Below are positions 20,377 through 30,544 of a stretch of 64,000 nt of DNA, piece by piece. Both the position numbers and the translations under genes were made by a program. Origin of the DNA: Flavobacteriales bacterium (GTDB lineage Bacteria; Bacteroidota; Bacteroidia; Palsa-965); assembly GCA_040377305.1 (NCBI GenBank), contig JBEIPA010000008.1, positions 64,001-128,000 of the forward strand. Reading direction: 5' to 3'. Below the pieces are notes generated by a model. It saw only the letters and a list, made by a program, of their open reading frames with translations, was not told where the DNA came from and did no database searches. The first letter of the stretch is position 1; each line of letters begins with the position of its first letter.

Positions 20377-20467
20377 AATTCGAAGATTCGATAATTTGAA
20401 GATTCGAATAGTGCAACCTTATTTATTTGGGTAGCGCTTGAATTTTCGAATCTTCAAATTTTCAAAT
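20377..20467. repeat. 8-bp-period inverted repeat between convergent genes
   Basis: Perfect 16-bp IR AATTTGAAGATTCGAA (20393-20408) / TTCGAATCTTCAAATT (20445-20460), with extra degenerate octamers. Confidence 0.7.
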
Positions 20468-20469
20468 AG

Positions 20470-21747
20470 TCATCGGTTGTACCACAATTCAATGTCCCGC
20501 ACTGAATCCGCCAGAGAAATCTGATCAATTACATTTGTGCCGGGATAATCATACCGCTTCACGTTTGATCCTTCTGCAGTAAAAACTGTTCCTTCTGCAT
20601 GATCATATCGAACCTGTTGTGCGGAAACAGAATTCCAGACAAGTACTCCTACCGGTGCATACGTGAATGTGTACACGTTTCCATTATCCATGGATAAAAG
20701 CAAAGTGTTTGCATTTATTTCTGCAACAGAAAGTAATTTCCCCGCGGGCAATGCAATCGGCTCCCAGGTTCCATTCATATTGTAATCGTAAATGAGGAGT
20801 TTGCCTTGTCCAGCGAGATTTCCTGCAACGTAAACTGTGGTTTCATCGCGAGGTAGAAGTGCGATCGGATCAATGGAAAGAATGGTTTGCTGAATGGCTC
20901 CTCCACCACCTACATAAACACCCATGATTCTGGAATTCCCCGTAGCGTCTACCTGATCGGCATAGAGCTTACTGCCGGAGAAAGCGAAATTGCGGAAGAA
21001 ATATCCGTTGTTCGCATTATAGCTCGTGCTGATAGTTCCATTCCACGTACAGGCTTTAATTACTCCATCTGCGCGATAATTGATCAACCAATCGCGCTCA
21101 TGTGCAATTACGTTTCCCCAATAAGCACCTGTACTCGGAAAAGGATTGATTGTCCACCCGGCGTAATTTCCCAGCGGAATGCAACGCGTTAAACCGGTGA
21201 CAGCACCAGTCATAACTACCTGTTGCCAGTAATTGCTTACCGCAACATCCGTGAAATCGCCATTGAATGTCCCGAGACTGAATGAAGTCCACGATGTGTC
21301 AATCTTGTGAACAGTAACAAATCCAGGAAGCGTAGTAACCGCAATCACACCTTTTAATTCACGAGGCGATTCCGTGATGTTCAGTAACACAAAATCCTTC
21401 GCATTATTTCGCGCCGCATCATGCACAGTTGCATGCAAATAATATTGACCCGAGAGCAAAGAGAGATCGTCCAGAAAATACTCCAACTGTATTGTTCCAC
21501 CCGAACCGCTGACAGCAATCGTTGCCGTGGACATTGCGGGAATCAGATTTACATCCGTGAGTTTGACTTCGATTTCCGATAGCTCTACATCATCGGCAAC
21601 TTCAATGACGATGCGTATCGTATCTCCTACATCATATTGCGCACCATCCGCAGGTGAGGTAATCTCGATTGCGGGATCCTGAGTGTCCCCGCCCTTCTTG
21701 CAGGAAAAGAACAGGATCAAACAAAGCAAAGAAATGGTCAAACGCAT
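20470..21747 (-). CDS. Lipoprotein with N-terminal Ig-like domain and probable beta-propeller
   Basis: Lipobox FFSC, then P.IEITSPADG...V.D Ig-like start and a beta-rich remainder. Confidence 0.6.
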   Translation of the reverse strand: MRLTISLLCLILFFSCKKGGDTQDPAIEITSPADGAQYDVGDTIRIVIEVADDVELSEIEVKLTDVNLIPAMSTATIAVSGSGGTIQLEYFLDDLSLLSGQYYLHATVHDAARNNAKDFVLLNITESPRELKGVIAVTTLPGFVTVHKIDTSWTSFSLGTFNGDFTDVAVSNYWQQVVMTGAVTGLTRCIPLGNYAGWTINPFPSTGAYWGNVIAHERDWLINYRADGVIKACTWNGTISTSYNANNGYFFRNFAFSGSKLYADQVDATGNSRIMGVYVGGGGAIQQTILSIDPIALLPRDETTVYVAGNLAGQGKLLIYDYNMNGTWEPIALPAGKLLSVAEINANTLLLSMDNGNVYTFTYAPVGVLVWNSVSAQQVRYDHAEGTVFTAEGSNVKRYDYPGTNVIDQISLADSVRDIELWYNR

Positions 21748-21827
21748 ATCATAAAGTTAGGGATTTGACGGCGGTTTCACGAACCTGCATACTCCTAATT
21801 CTCGCATCATTTAACTACTTTAGCCTG

Positions 21828-21941
21828 ATGTACATCCCGCGGAATTTTAATAAGGAAAATCAGAATGAACTGCCGGGATTTGTGCGCACGAATTCATTCG
21901 GAGAGTCGGGATCAACCGGGGTAAAATATCCGCAAAACTGA
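21828..21941 (+). pseudogene. Truncated PaiB-like (FMN-binding negative transcriptional regulator) N-terminal fragment, 37 aa
   Basis: MYIPRNFNKENQNELPGFVRTNSFG resembles the PaiB N-terminus (MYIP..F....... ..F....SF(G/A)). Its TGA overlaps the next ATG. Confidence 0.55.
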
Positions 21942-22855
21942 TGAGAAAATTTATTTACGGTGCGAGTGTTGTGTGCTTTTTATTCTGCACTGCATTCACA
22001 AATTACACGTCAACGGCTTCCGGACTTCCCAACACAGAAGTGTGGATGTTCAAATATTCCTATGAACAAGGAACGTACAAAATGCTGTCGGGATTCAACT
22101 TGAGTAATCACGAAGGATATGATAGTCAACCTTCGTTCTCTGAGAACGGAAGCTATATGCTTTGGACTTCGGAGCGCGACAGCGGACAGACGGAAATCTA
22201 TCGCTACGATCTCACGGGTAAATCGAGTACACGTTTAACACAAACGGGAGTTAGCGAATACTCTCCGACATACATGGAGGGTGGACGATTCATTTCATGT
22301 GTTGTTGTCGAGGCAGATTCCACGCAGCGTTTATGGAAATACAACAAAGTGAGCATGAAGTCGGAAGTGCTATTTCCGAAAGTTACGGGAGTCGGTTATC
22401 ACACCTGGATGGATGACAAAACCATTTTCATGTTTCAGCTAACAACACCGTTCAGCCTGATCATGTGTGATACGCGTACTCAGGTTACACGCACAATCGC
22501 AACCAATATCGGTCGCTGCATGAATACCTACAAAACCAATAAGCGAAAGATTTTGTTGTATGTGCAGATCGATGCGGAAGGGAAGAAATGGATCAAGGCT
22601 GTCGACATCAACGGTCAACCTGCACCCGAGCTTGCACCCATTCCTTGTCTGGATGGATCGGAAGATTATGGTGTCGACAAACGAGGTTTCCTGATGATGG
22701 CTTCCGGCTCCAAATTATATTCCTGGAAAATGGGAGTAGATACCAGCTGGCAACTTGCTGCTGATCTTTCGAGCTACAACGTGACCAATGTTTCCCGAAT
22801 TACTTTTAGTCCGGACGGCACGCATCTTGCTGTCGTGAACAATTCAAATCCATGA
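21941..22855 (+). CDS. TolB/PD40-like beta-propeller secreted protein
   Basis: Signal peptide, GYDSQPSFS, SEYSPT and FSPDG motifs. Confidence 0.75.
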   Translation: MRKFIYGASVVCFLFCTAFTNYTSTASGLPNTEVWMFKYSYEQGTYKMLSGFNLSNHEGYDSQPSFSENGSYMLWTSERDSGQTEIYRYDLTGKSSTRLTQTGVSEYSPTYMEGGRFISCVVVEADSTQRLWKYNKVSMKSEVLFPKVTGVGYHTWMDDKTIFMFQLTTPFSLIMCDTRTQVTRTIATNIGRCMNTYKTNKRKILLYVQIDAEGKKWIKAVDINGQPAPELAPIPCLDGSEDYGVDKRGFLMMASGSKLYSWKMGVDTSWQLAADLSSYNVTNVSRITFSPDGTHLAVVNNSNP

Positions 22856-23199
22856 AATACGAACACAAGGATGCCCCGTTGGCCAGCAAAGAAAAATTCG
22901 CCAAACGATTATGGCGAAACATTTTCATTGCTGCTGTACTAATCGGTATCAGTATTTTGATCGGAACAGTAGGATATCACATCCTGGGTAAACTCCCGTG
23001 GATTGATTCATTTCTGAATGCGTCAATGATATTAACCGGAATGGGTCCTGTTGATAGAATGGAGACCGAGGGTGCAAAGTTGTTTGCCGCACTTTATTCA
23101 TTATTCAGCGGGATTGCGTTTCTCACGACGATTGGTTTTGTACTTGCTCCGTTATTGCATAGGGCAATGCACAGGTTTCACATTGGAGACGAAGATTAA
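22852..23199 (+). CDS. Small 2-TM potassium-channel-like (Ion_trans_2-like) protein
   Basis: TM-GYH..G.L.WIDSFLNASMILTGMGP-TM, a pore-helix layout with a non-canonical filter. Confidence 0.6.
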   Translation: MKYEHKDAPLASKEKFAKRLWRNIFIAAVLIGISILIGTVGYHILGKLPWIDSFLNASMILTGMGPVDRMETEGAKLFAALYSLFSGIAFLTTIGFVLAPLLHRAMHRFHIGDED

Positions 23200-23639
23200 T
23201 GGTAACAGAATTCATCATCAGCGAAGACAAATCAAAACTCGACGTGGAGTTCATTCACCGAGAACTTGCAGAGAGCTATTGGGCAAAGAAAATTCCGCGT
23301 CGCACCGTCGAAAAAGGAATCGAACATTCCATGTGCTTCGGAATTTATGATGGAGCATTACAGATTGGCTTCGCACGTGTTATCACTGATCGCGCAACGT
23401 TTGCATACTTGTGCGATGTGATCATCACACAAAATTACCGAGGTCGTGGTGCAGGAAAACAGCTGATGACTTACATCATGGCTCATCCCGAACTGCAGGG
23501 CTTGAGACGATTTACGTTGGGCACATTGGATGCTCATGATCTTTACAAAAAATTTGGTTTCGCTTCTCCGCGATTCCCTGAACGCCAGATGGAGATTTCT
23601 ATCCCCGGTATTTACGAAAAATTGAATGACAACCAATAA
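23199..23639 (+). CDS. GNAT family N-acetyltransferase
   Basis: QIGFARVITD, DV....YRGRGAGK and LY.KFGF motifs. Confidence 0.92.
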   Translation: MVTEFIISEDKSKLDVEFIHRELAESYWAKKIPRRTVEKGIEHSMCFGIYDGALQIGFARVITDRATFAYLCDVIITQNYRGRGAGKQLMTYIMAHPELQGLRRFTLGTLDAHDLYKKFGFASPRFPERQMEISIPGIYEKLNDNQ

Positions 23640-25731
23640 CGCTATGAAGAACCATACCCTATTCTTCCTTCTCTTCGCTGTAATTGCATTTTCCGGAACA
23701 CCGGCACCACAGCTTCATCCTTCGGTGACAACAGCTAATCCGTTGATGCCACAATGGAATGAACTTTACAATTTTACTGCACTCACTGAAGCACAAATTA
23801 ACAGTGCAGCAATGTATAGCGAGAATAACGTCACCATGCTGATTTCAACAGTGGCCGGCGTTGACAGTGCAAAGCGAACTTTCGAAAACACCATGTTGGT
23901 TGTTGACGATATATTCAATGTCTTGCAGAAACAACAATCCGTGTACGAGCTGCTCGTGAATACGCACACCGATAAAAAGATGCGTGATCTTACGGGACAA
24001 AAACTCGAGCGGTTTACGACATTGATTGATCAGCTTTTTCTGAATGAGCAGCTTTATCGCTCCGTAAGTGAATATTCCGCAAGTGCCGAAGCAAAATCAT
24101 TAAGCGGTGAACGCAAGTTCTTTCTCGATAAAATCATGCGTGACTTTTTGCGCAATGGTATGAAACTGGCGAAAGGTGAACGCGACAAACTGAAAGTTCT
24201 GAATCAGGAAATCAACGAGCTTGGGGTTTCCTTCACCAAGAATATTTCCACGAACAAAGACAAAGTAATCGTGAAGAGCGATGCGGTTGCCGGCCTGACT
24301 GAAGAATTTCTGAAGCCCTATCGCAAAGGAAAAGACACGTTGATCTTCGATTTGTCTACTCCAACTTACACCGCAATCATGTCGCAATGTAAGAACGCTG
24401 CAACCCGTCAGAAAATGTACATGGCGAAAATGAATGTTGGTGGCGCAGCAAATGAAGAAATCCTTGCCAAGATTCTTGCGAAGCGGACTGAAAAAGCCAA
24501 AATCCTTGGTTACAATACGTACGCAGAGTTTGCAACGGGTGATATTATGTCGGGCAATCCGGCTCGTGTCTGGGATTTCGAGAAAGGCCTCGCAGCTGAT
24601 TTACGTCCGAAAGCACAGGCAGACCTGAACAAGCTTCTTGCTCTGAAGTCGGCAGAAACCGGCAATGAAGAAGTGGCGCTCATGCCTTACGAAGCGGCGT
24701 ACTACACCACGCGATTACTCGAGAAAGATTTCAATGTTGATCCGGAAAAAGTGAAAGAATATTTTCCGATGCAGGCGTGTATCGATGGGATTTTCAGTGT
24801 GTACCAGAAAATCTACGATGTACGTTTCGTGAAAGACGAGAAAGCAAATACCTGGCACAAAGATGTTGTTGCGTATTCGGTTTACGACAACAAGTTGAAT
24901 GCGCTTATCGGTTACTTCTATCTGGATTTATATCCGCGTGCCGATAAGTACAATCACTTTGGATGTTTCGGTCTTACCGGATCGAAAACATTCCTCACCG
25001 GTAACAAGCAATTAAAAACGGCCGCGCTGGTTTGTAATTTCCCACAGCCCACTGCGGAAAAACCTTCTTTGTTGCCGCATTCGATGGTGACCACGTTCTT
25101 CCACGAGTTTGGACACCTCATGCATGTAATTCTCAGTGAAACAGAACTCGCTGCATTTGCAGGAACGAATGTTGCAATTGATTTTGTTGAGGCACCTTCG
25201 CAAATCATGGAGAACTGGGCGTGGCAGAAAGAGGTGCTTTCTCTTTTCGCGAAGCACTACAAGACGGGTGAAGTGATTCCTTCTGACCTTGTGGATCGCA
25301 TGATAAGCGCGCGTACCGCAAACTCCGGATTGAATGCGCTACAACAAGTTTACTACGGCACGTTGGATTTCACACTTAACGACAATCCGAAGCCTCCTGA
25401 TGCAATCGGAATTTACGAGTTGAATGCAAGGCTACAGAATCAAATCACACTGTACCCGTGGGTGGAAGGAACCCACTTCGCCGGAGGATTTGGTCACCTG
25501 AACGGTTATGGATCGAAATACTACGGCTATCTGTGGTCGCTGGTGTACTCCTGCGATATGTTCTCCGAATTCGAAAAGAAAGGTGCACTTGCTCCGGAAA
25601 TGGGCGCACGATACAGAACGGAAGTACTGTCGAAAGGTGGAAGCAACGACGCACTGAAACTGGTGTCGAATTTCCTCGGACGTGAGCCGAACAATAAGGC
25701 GTTTTTGAAATACCTGGGATTAGGGAAATAA
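23626..25731 (+). CDS. M3 family (thimet oligopeptidase-like) metallopeptidase, exported
   Basis: HEFGH, DFVEAPSQ.ME and FGHL.GY...YYGYLWS motifs. Signal peptide follows MKNH. Confidence 0.93.
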   Translation: MTTNNAMKNHTLFFLLFAVIAFSGTPAPQLHPSVTTANPLMPQWNELYNFTALTEAQINSAAMYSENNVTMLISTVAGVDSAKRTFENTMLVVDDIFNVLQKQQSVYELLVNTHTDKKMRDLTGQKLERFTTLIDQLFLNEQLYRSVSEYSASAEAKSLSGERKFFLDKIMRDFLRNGMKLAKGERDKLKVLNQEINELGVSFTKNISTNKDKVIVKSDAVAGLTEEFLKPYRKGKDTLIFDLSTPTYTAIMSQCKNAATRQKMYMAKMNVGGAANEEILAKILAKRTEKAKILGYNTYAEFATGDIMSGNPARVWDFEKGLAADLRPKAQADLNKLLALKSAETGNEEVALMPYEAAYYTTRLLEKDFNVDPEKVKEYFPMQACIDGIFSVYQKIYDVRFVKDEKANTWHKDVVAYSVYDNKLNALIGYFYLDLYPRADKYNHFGCFGLTGSKTFLTGNKQLKTAALVCNFPQPTAEKPSLLPHSMVTTFFHEFGHLMHVILSETELAAFAGTNVAIDFVEAPSQIMENWAWQKEVLSLFAKHYKTGEVIPSDLVDRMISARTANSGLNALQQVYYGTLDFTLNDNPKPPDAIGIYELNARLQNQITLYPWVEGTHFAGGFGHLNGYGSKYYGYLWSLVYSCDMFSEFEKKGALAPEMGARYRTEVLSKGGSNDALKLVSNFLGREPNNKAFLKYLGLGK

Positions 25732-26226
25732 TTATCCCGCCTTTTTCCTCGGGATCAGCACATAACTCATTTCATTTGTAGCCTGATCGATGTGCAGGAT
25801 CATTCGTACACCATCGTATGTTGTATCGATGAGCGAACAGGTTCCAAGCGGAACTTTCTTCCCGCAACTCATTTTTGGAAAATCAAGCTTGAGTGATGCA
25901 AGTGCGTTTGCAATTTCTGTTTTACCGCTTACGTACACGAACACGTAGCTCAGGGTGCTATCGCAGAATTCATATTCAACTCTTGAGGCTGAATATCCGT
26001 CGAGCTTTAGATTTTGAGCTTTGCTGTAATACATGTGACAACGCGTGTTACGCAAATAAAGTGCGGTGTCAGCATAGGCCGAAGAAGTATCCAGCATCAA
26101 TTGAGGTGCAATGAGCTCACTGAGCTTCATTCCAAAGCGAATTCCATTCAGCCCGAGATGATCAAGCTTCTGCGCGGAAAGTCCACATGAAAGAAGGATT
26201 AAGAAAACGACCAGCGAACGCCTCAT
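25732..26226 (-). CDS. Hypothetical exported protein
   Basis: Signal peptide MRRSLVVFLILLSCGLSA from ATG 26226. The upstream extension in the track reads through repeat and neighbouring gene DNA. Confidence 0.6.
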   Translation of the reverse strand: MRRSLVVFLILLSCGLSAQKLDHLGLNGIRFGMKLSELIAPQLMLDTSSAYADTALYLRNTRCHMYYSKAQNLKLDGYSASRVEYEFCDSTLSYVFVYVSGKTEIANALASLKLDFPKMSCGKKVPLGTCSLIDTTYDGVRMILHIDQATNEMSYVLIPRKKAG

Positions 26227-26240
26227 CACAGTAAAAATAA

Positions 26241-26270
26241 GAATAAGGAATGAGGAATGAAGGATGTGGG
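26241..26270. repeat. Degenerate 7-bp tandem repeat
   Basis: AATAAGG AATGAGG AATGAAG GATGTGG. Confidence 0.5.
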
Positions 26271-26290
26271 AAGGGAAAGTAGCGTGCTTG

Positions 26291-29107
26291 CTAATCAATT
26301 GTCTTCCCGTAGAAGTTATTACGGATGAGATCCTCAAGCGTCTTGCGTTCCCCTTTGTACCAGCCGGTGATCCATGCATCCTTAATTCCTTTTTTGATGC
26401 ATTGCTGGCGGAATACTTCAGCTTCTTTGATGGTCTTGAATTCTTTCAGCGTGAAGCGTGTTATTCCATCGGGATAAGCGATCACTTTCGCAACGCCATA
26501 CTCAGCGAGTTGCGGATACCTGAAGTTCTCCGGATGACGATATGCACCAATCTGTACGGTGTACGTCAAACCTTCGGTGCAATAATTACCTGTGAGTTTC
26601 AGGAAGCGGTTGTATACTGCAGTATCGTTAAGTGACTTGCCCTGGAACCAACTAAGGTCAACCGGATTTCCATTGCATGGTTCATTGAAGTACTCTTCAA
26701 CTGTTTTGCGCTGACCGAAAAAGAATACAGTCACAATTGACTTCGCTGCAGCACTGTCTTTCGACATGAGGTATCGTTTGAAATCTTCTGCTTCCTTCAA
26801 GGTATTCCACGGCCCAAGTGTATAGCGTATTGTTCCGTCGGGATAAAGCTTCTTCTCTACTTTACCGTATTGTTCCCACTTCGCGAGATCGAACTGCGTT
26901 GAATCCGTTACCGCACCGACCTCCAGCTTGTACGTAAGACCATCGGCCTGAAATGTTCCGTTGTCTTCTACAATCTTATCGTAACCCACACCATTTCCCT
27001 CCGGTGTTGCGGTCACAAGCGTTCCAGTACTACTTCTGATGATCTGTGTTTCTTCCCGTGGCACATAGCCCTTACGGCGGTACTCCGTTCGGTACAACGA
27101 TGGAATTGTCTGCCGCTCTCCGTTCTTAATTGCTACAACTTCCGAAGTAGTTGCAATCAATGAGTCACGTGTGTTCAATCGCGTGCGATAAAGTTCTGCA
27201 TCAAGCAGTGTCTTGAAGGGACCTACTGAATAGCGCGTATATCCTTCAGGTGTCTTTGTTACAATCAACGGACCCATTCCTGCAAACTTTGTTGAGTCGA
27301 AATCTTTGGGATCTACAAATGTTCCCAGCTCAACCATAAACGTTCTGCCCGGGTCGTATTCCTGACCATGCTTCTTGAGCATTTGCTGGTACATCCGTTG
27401 CTCATACACCTGATCGTTCTGTTCTTCTTTGATCTTCTTCAACTGCTCATCAAGCTTTTTCTGAAGTACATCATTCGAGTCCGCAACCATTGGACGGATT
27501 CGTCCGGCAGAGTCGCCAGCAGTCGTATCCGATGTGAAGTTGTAATCTTTACTTACCTGTACATAGGTGTCAATGTCTTTTACGTTGACGTATTCATACA
27601 ACGATTCCTGTCCTTCAACTTCGATCGCAACTTTATACACGTTGCCGGGTTTAAGTGCGATAAGATATTTACCGCTTGATGCGTTTGAGTGATACTCGCC
27701 GTAATTATTTCCTGTTAGAGAATCTGTAACGCTGATTTTCGAATCAACAGGCTGACCATTCAACGTAACGAATCCAACTACGAGAGCAAGAACCGGTGGT
27801 TCACCCTGAAACCCAGGTGTAACGGTGTAAATATCCTGTTGCCCGTATCCACCTTTATTGTCACCGGAATAGTAAGCTGTTCCTCCGTCTGCAGTTAAAA
27901 CATAGTAGCGCTCATCGGCAGGTGTATTAATCGGGAACCCGAGATTGATTGGTTCCGCCCAAATACCTTGCTTCATGGTCGAGTAAAACAAATCGTATCC
28001 ACCCATTGATGTATGCCCTTGCGAACTGAAGAAAAGGTGAATTCCATCAGGGTGAATGTGCGGTGCATCGTCGTTGAATGGTGTATTAACCGACGGTCCA
28101 AGATTTTGTGCCGGGCCCCACTCTCCATCCGATTGTTTGCGTGAAACATAAATATCTCTGCCACCCATTCCACCTGGACGATCACTTGCGAAATACAAAA
28201 GTTGACCATCGCCGGAAAGTGAGCAGCTTCCTTCCCAATACTTCGAGTTGATATTTGGACCTAGACGTTCTGGTGCTGTCCATTCGTTTCCGCGCAACAC
28301 GCTTTGGTAAATATCACCGCCATCTTTGGTTGTACTTTTGAAGATGAAGAGAATCTGTCCGTCGTTGGACAAAGCAATGCTTGCATCGTGCATGTTGGTA
28401 TTCAAAGTTCCGATTGCTTCAGGACTCAGCCAATGGTCCCCAACTCGTTGAGACATCATAATGTCTTCATAATAATCGCCAGCTGTGTCCGGGCGGAACT
28501 TCAGATCCTGTAATCCGCCGGTACTTCTTTTACCGCGGTAAGTGTATATCAGCGTGGTTTCGTCAATGGTAATTACAGGAACATATTCGCCCGCTTCGGT
28601 ATTCACCTCCGGACCGAGATTTCTAATCTCAACCTCGGCTGTATCCTTCATTATTTTCTGGGCGCTTTCGCAGTAAGAAATATATTTTCGGATTTCCTGC
28701 GTTTCGTTCGCATCGTTGTCCGGATCCTGTAGAGCGTACTCGAATGTTTTCACAGCCTGATCGAAACGATAGTTCTGATGGTAAGCACGTCCGAGATAAA
28801 AATCAACCCGCTCCAATTCCGGATCCATCATCTTAGCCTTCTCAAGTTCTATGACAGATTGCTCGCTCTCGTCGTTCTTGTACAAATAGCAAATTCCGAG
28901 GCGATAGTGGTAATACGGATTAAGTGAGTCGAGTTGTGTTAGACTTTTGTAGTAAGGCAATGCACGGAGATAATTTTTCTCTCCGTAGAAAAACTCGGCG
29001 TCTTCCAACAACTGATCTTCCTGCTTCTGCTTTTCTTTATCTCTCGGTGCCGCACTCAAAAATGCCGGACAAACCAGCAGAAATAGAATTACGACAGCAT
29101 ACCTCAT
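26291..29107 (-). CDS. PorE-like TPR + PD40 propeller + carboxypeptidase-regulatory-like protein with three C-terminal SPOR-like domains
   Basis: Signal peptide, TPR helices, PD40 repeats (LYFASDRPGGMGGRDIY, LFFSSQGH..MGGYDLF). C-terminal repeats FMVELGTF, YKLEVGAV and YTVQIGAY, each followed by RY/F..G.F.T...AE. Confidence 0.75.
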   Translation of the reverse strand: MRYAVVILFLLVCPAFLSAAPRDKEKQKQEDQLLEDAEFFYGEKNYLRALPYYKSLTQLDSLNPYYHYRLGICYLYKNDESEQSVIELEKAKMMDPELERVDFYLGRAYHQNYRFDQAVKTFEYALQDPDNDANETQEIRKYISYCESAQKIMKDTAEVEIRNLGPEVNTEAGEYVPVITIDETTLIYTYRGKRSTGGLQDLKFRPDTAGDYYEDIMMSQRVGDHWLSPEAIGTLNTNMHDASIALSNDGQILFIFKSTTKDGGDIYQSVLRGNEWTAPERLGPNINSKYWEGSCSLSGDGQLLYFASDRPGGMGGRDIYVSRKQSDGEWGPAQNLGPSVNTPFNDDAPHIHPDGIHLFFSSQGHTSMGGYDLFYSTMKQGIWAEPINLGFPINTPADERYYVLTADGGTAYYSGDNKGGYGQQDIYTVTPGFQGEPPVLALVVGFVTLNGQPVDSKISVTDSLTGNNYGEYHSNASSGKYLIALKPGNVYKVAIEVEGQESLYEYVNVKDIDTYVQVSKDYNFTSDTTAGDSAGRIRPMVADSNDVLQKKLDEQLKKIKEEQNDQVYEQRMYQQMLKKHGQEYDPGRTFMVELGTFVDPKDFDSTKFAGMGPLIVTKTPEGYTRYSVGPFKTLLDAELYRTRLNTRDSLIATTSEVVAIKNGERQTIPSLYRTEYRRKGYVPREETQIIRSSTGTLVTATPEGNGVGYDKIVEDNGTFQADGLTYKLEVGAVTDSTQFDLAKWEQYGKVEKKLYPDGTIRYTLGPWNTLKEAEDFKRYLMSKDSAAAKSIVTVFFFGQRKTVEEYFNEPCNGNPVDLSWFQGKSLNDTAVYNRFLKLTGNYCTEGLTYTVQIGAYRHPENFRYPQLAEYGVAKVIAYPDGITRFTLKEFKTIKEAEVFRQQCIKKGIKDAWITGWYKGERKTLEDLIRNNFYGKTID

Positions 29108-29346
29108 GCCTAACATAGGGCTAAAATCCAAAAACGTGGTGCACACTTTAAGGTGTAGTCGTCGCAATTACAAACACGAAAATGTGTATAACAACGAAGA
29201 AAACGCATGTTTCACGGCCCATTCCACACATGCGACATCCCTCAAAACAAGCAGTTTAACCCAGTATTGTATGTCAACAACAAGTTGATGTTTTATCAAA
29301 GTTCCACGCAATGAAAGAAGCACCCCGGAAATGGTTTTCTTTGCAA

Positions 29347-29988
29347 ATGCAATTTTTAGATCCAGCACTTGACGCGTATTCGACTTCTCATTCAGCAAAA
29401 GAATCAGAATTGTTGACGGAACTTTCACGCGAGACCCATTTGAAAACCACAATGCCGAGAATGTTGTCGGGTCACTTGCAGGGAAGATTTCTCAGTTTAC
29501 TAAGCAAGCTTGTTCAACCGGAAGTGATTCTTGAGATCGGAACATTTACCGGATACGCCGCGTTGTGTCTTGCGGAAGGATTGAAGACTAACGGCAAGCT
29601 AATCACGCTCGACACGAATGATGAAACTTCTTCGATTGCAAAGAAATATTTTGCGAAGTCGGAGTATGCTTCCCAAATCGAATTAATTAACGCCGACGCG
29701 ACTCAAGAAATTCCGAAGATAAACGAGACGTTTGATCTTGTTTTTATTGATGCTGACAAAGAAAATTACAGCAACTACTTCGACATGATCATTGGTAAGA
29801 TGCGGAAAGGCGGACTGATAATCGCTGACAACGTTTTATGGAGCGGTAAAGTTTTGCAACCCATTAAGGCGAATGACACGGAAACTATTGCGATCACTTC
29901 ATTCAATGAAAAAGTGTGTGCTGACGATCGCGTAGAACAACTGCTGTTGCCTGTGCGCGACGGACTGATGATTCTGCGCGTGAAGTAG
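29347..29988 (+). CDS. SAM-dependent O-methyltransferase (caffeoyl-CoA OMT/YrrM-like)
   Basis: MLSGHLQG, LEIGTFTGY, FIDADK and ADNVLWSG motifs. Confidence 0.92.
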   Translation: MQFLDPALDAYSTSHSAKESELLTELSRETHLKTTMPRMLSGHLQGRFLSLLSKLVQPEVILEIGTFTGYAALCLAEGLKTNGKLITLDTNDETSSIAKKYFAKSEYASQIELINADATQEIPKINETFDLVFIDADKENYSNYFDMIIGKMRKGGLIIADNVLWSGKVLQPIKANDTETIAITSFNEKVCADDRVEQLLLPVRDGLMILRVK

Positions 29989-29989
29989 A

Positions 29990-30544
29990 TTATTTTTCGC
30001 TGAAGTCAACACTCCTCCTCCGATACCGGGTTAACAAATACCGAGTACCGGTTCCAATGGACCTCCACACAAAGTAGAGGAGCAATAATTCGAGCAATAT
30101 CGTAGCGACGATTGGAAAACCTGCGTAGGGAATTACCACAATGCAAAACAGCAAAAGTGCGAAGCCGCCCATCAAGAGCATGAGTCCGATGAATGCAGAC
30201 CAATCGTGACGAACCGGCTGAATGTACGTTTCATTCGTTTTCAACACCGGAACCGCTAAGTGATCCTGCATGGGCGTTGACATTTCATGACCGATCGGTG
30301 CCAGTACGTCAACATCCGACACAACAAAAGTGTCGATCACAATTTGTGTGGTTTCTTGTACAGGTAAAGGGACGGAATCAACCCGAATCAATTTCTTCTC
30401 AAAAGATTTGTACTCTCTTTCTGCGGTGGAAAATTGCTGTGGTGTTGCCGGAACTTTGTCGACGTGACGATACTTCATCCGCTCGAACGAACTGCACGAG
30501 GTAAGCGCAAGTAACGGGAGCAGGATGAAATAGTTCTTCATCAC
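29990..30544 (-). CDS. Hypothetical lipoprotein with two C-terminal TM helices
   Basis: Lipobox LTSC and a hydrophobic C-terminal hairpin. Confidence 0.6.
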   Translation of the reverse strand: MMKNYFILLPLLALTSCSSFERMKYRHVDKVPATPQQFSTAEREYKSFEKKLIRVDSVPLPVQETTQIVIDTFVVSDVDVLAPIGHEMSTPMQDHLAVPVLKTNETYIQPVRHDWSAFIGLMLLMGGFALLLFCIVVIPYAGFPIVATILLELLLLYFVWRSIGTGTRYLLTRYRRRSVDFSEK

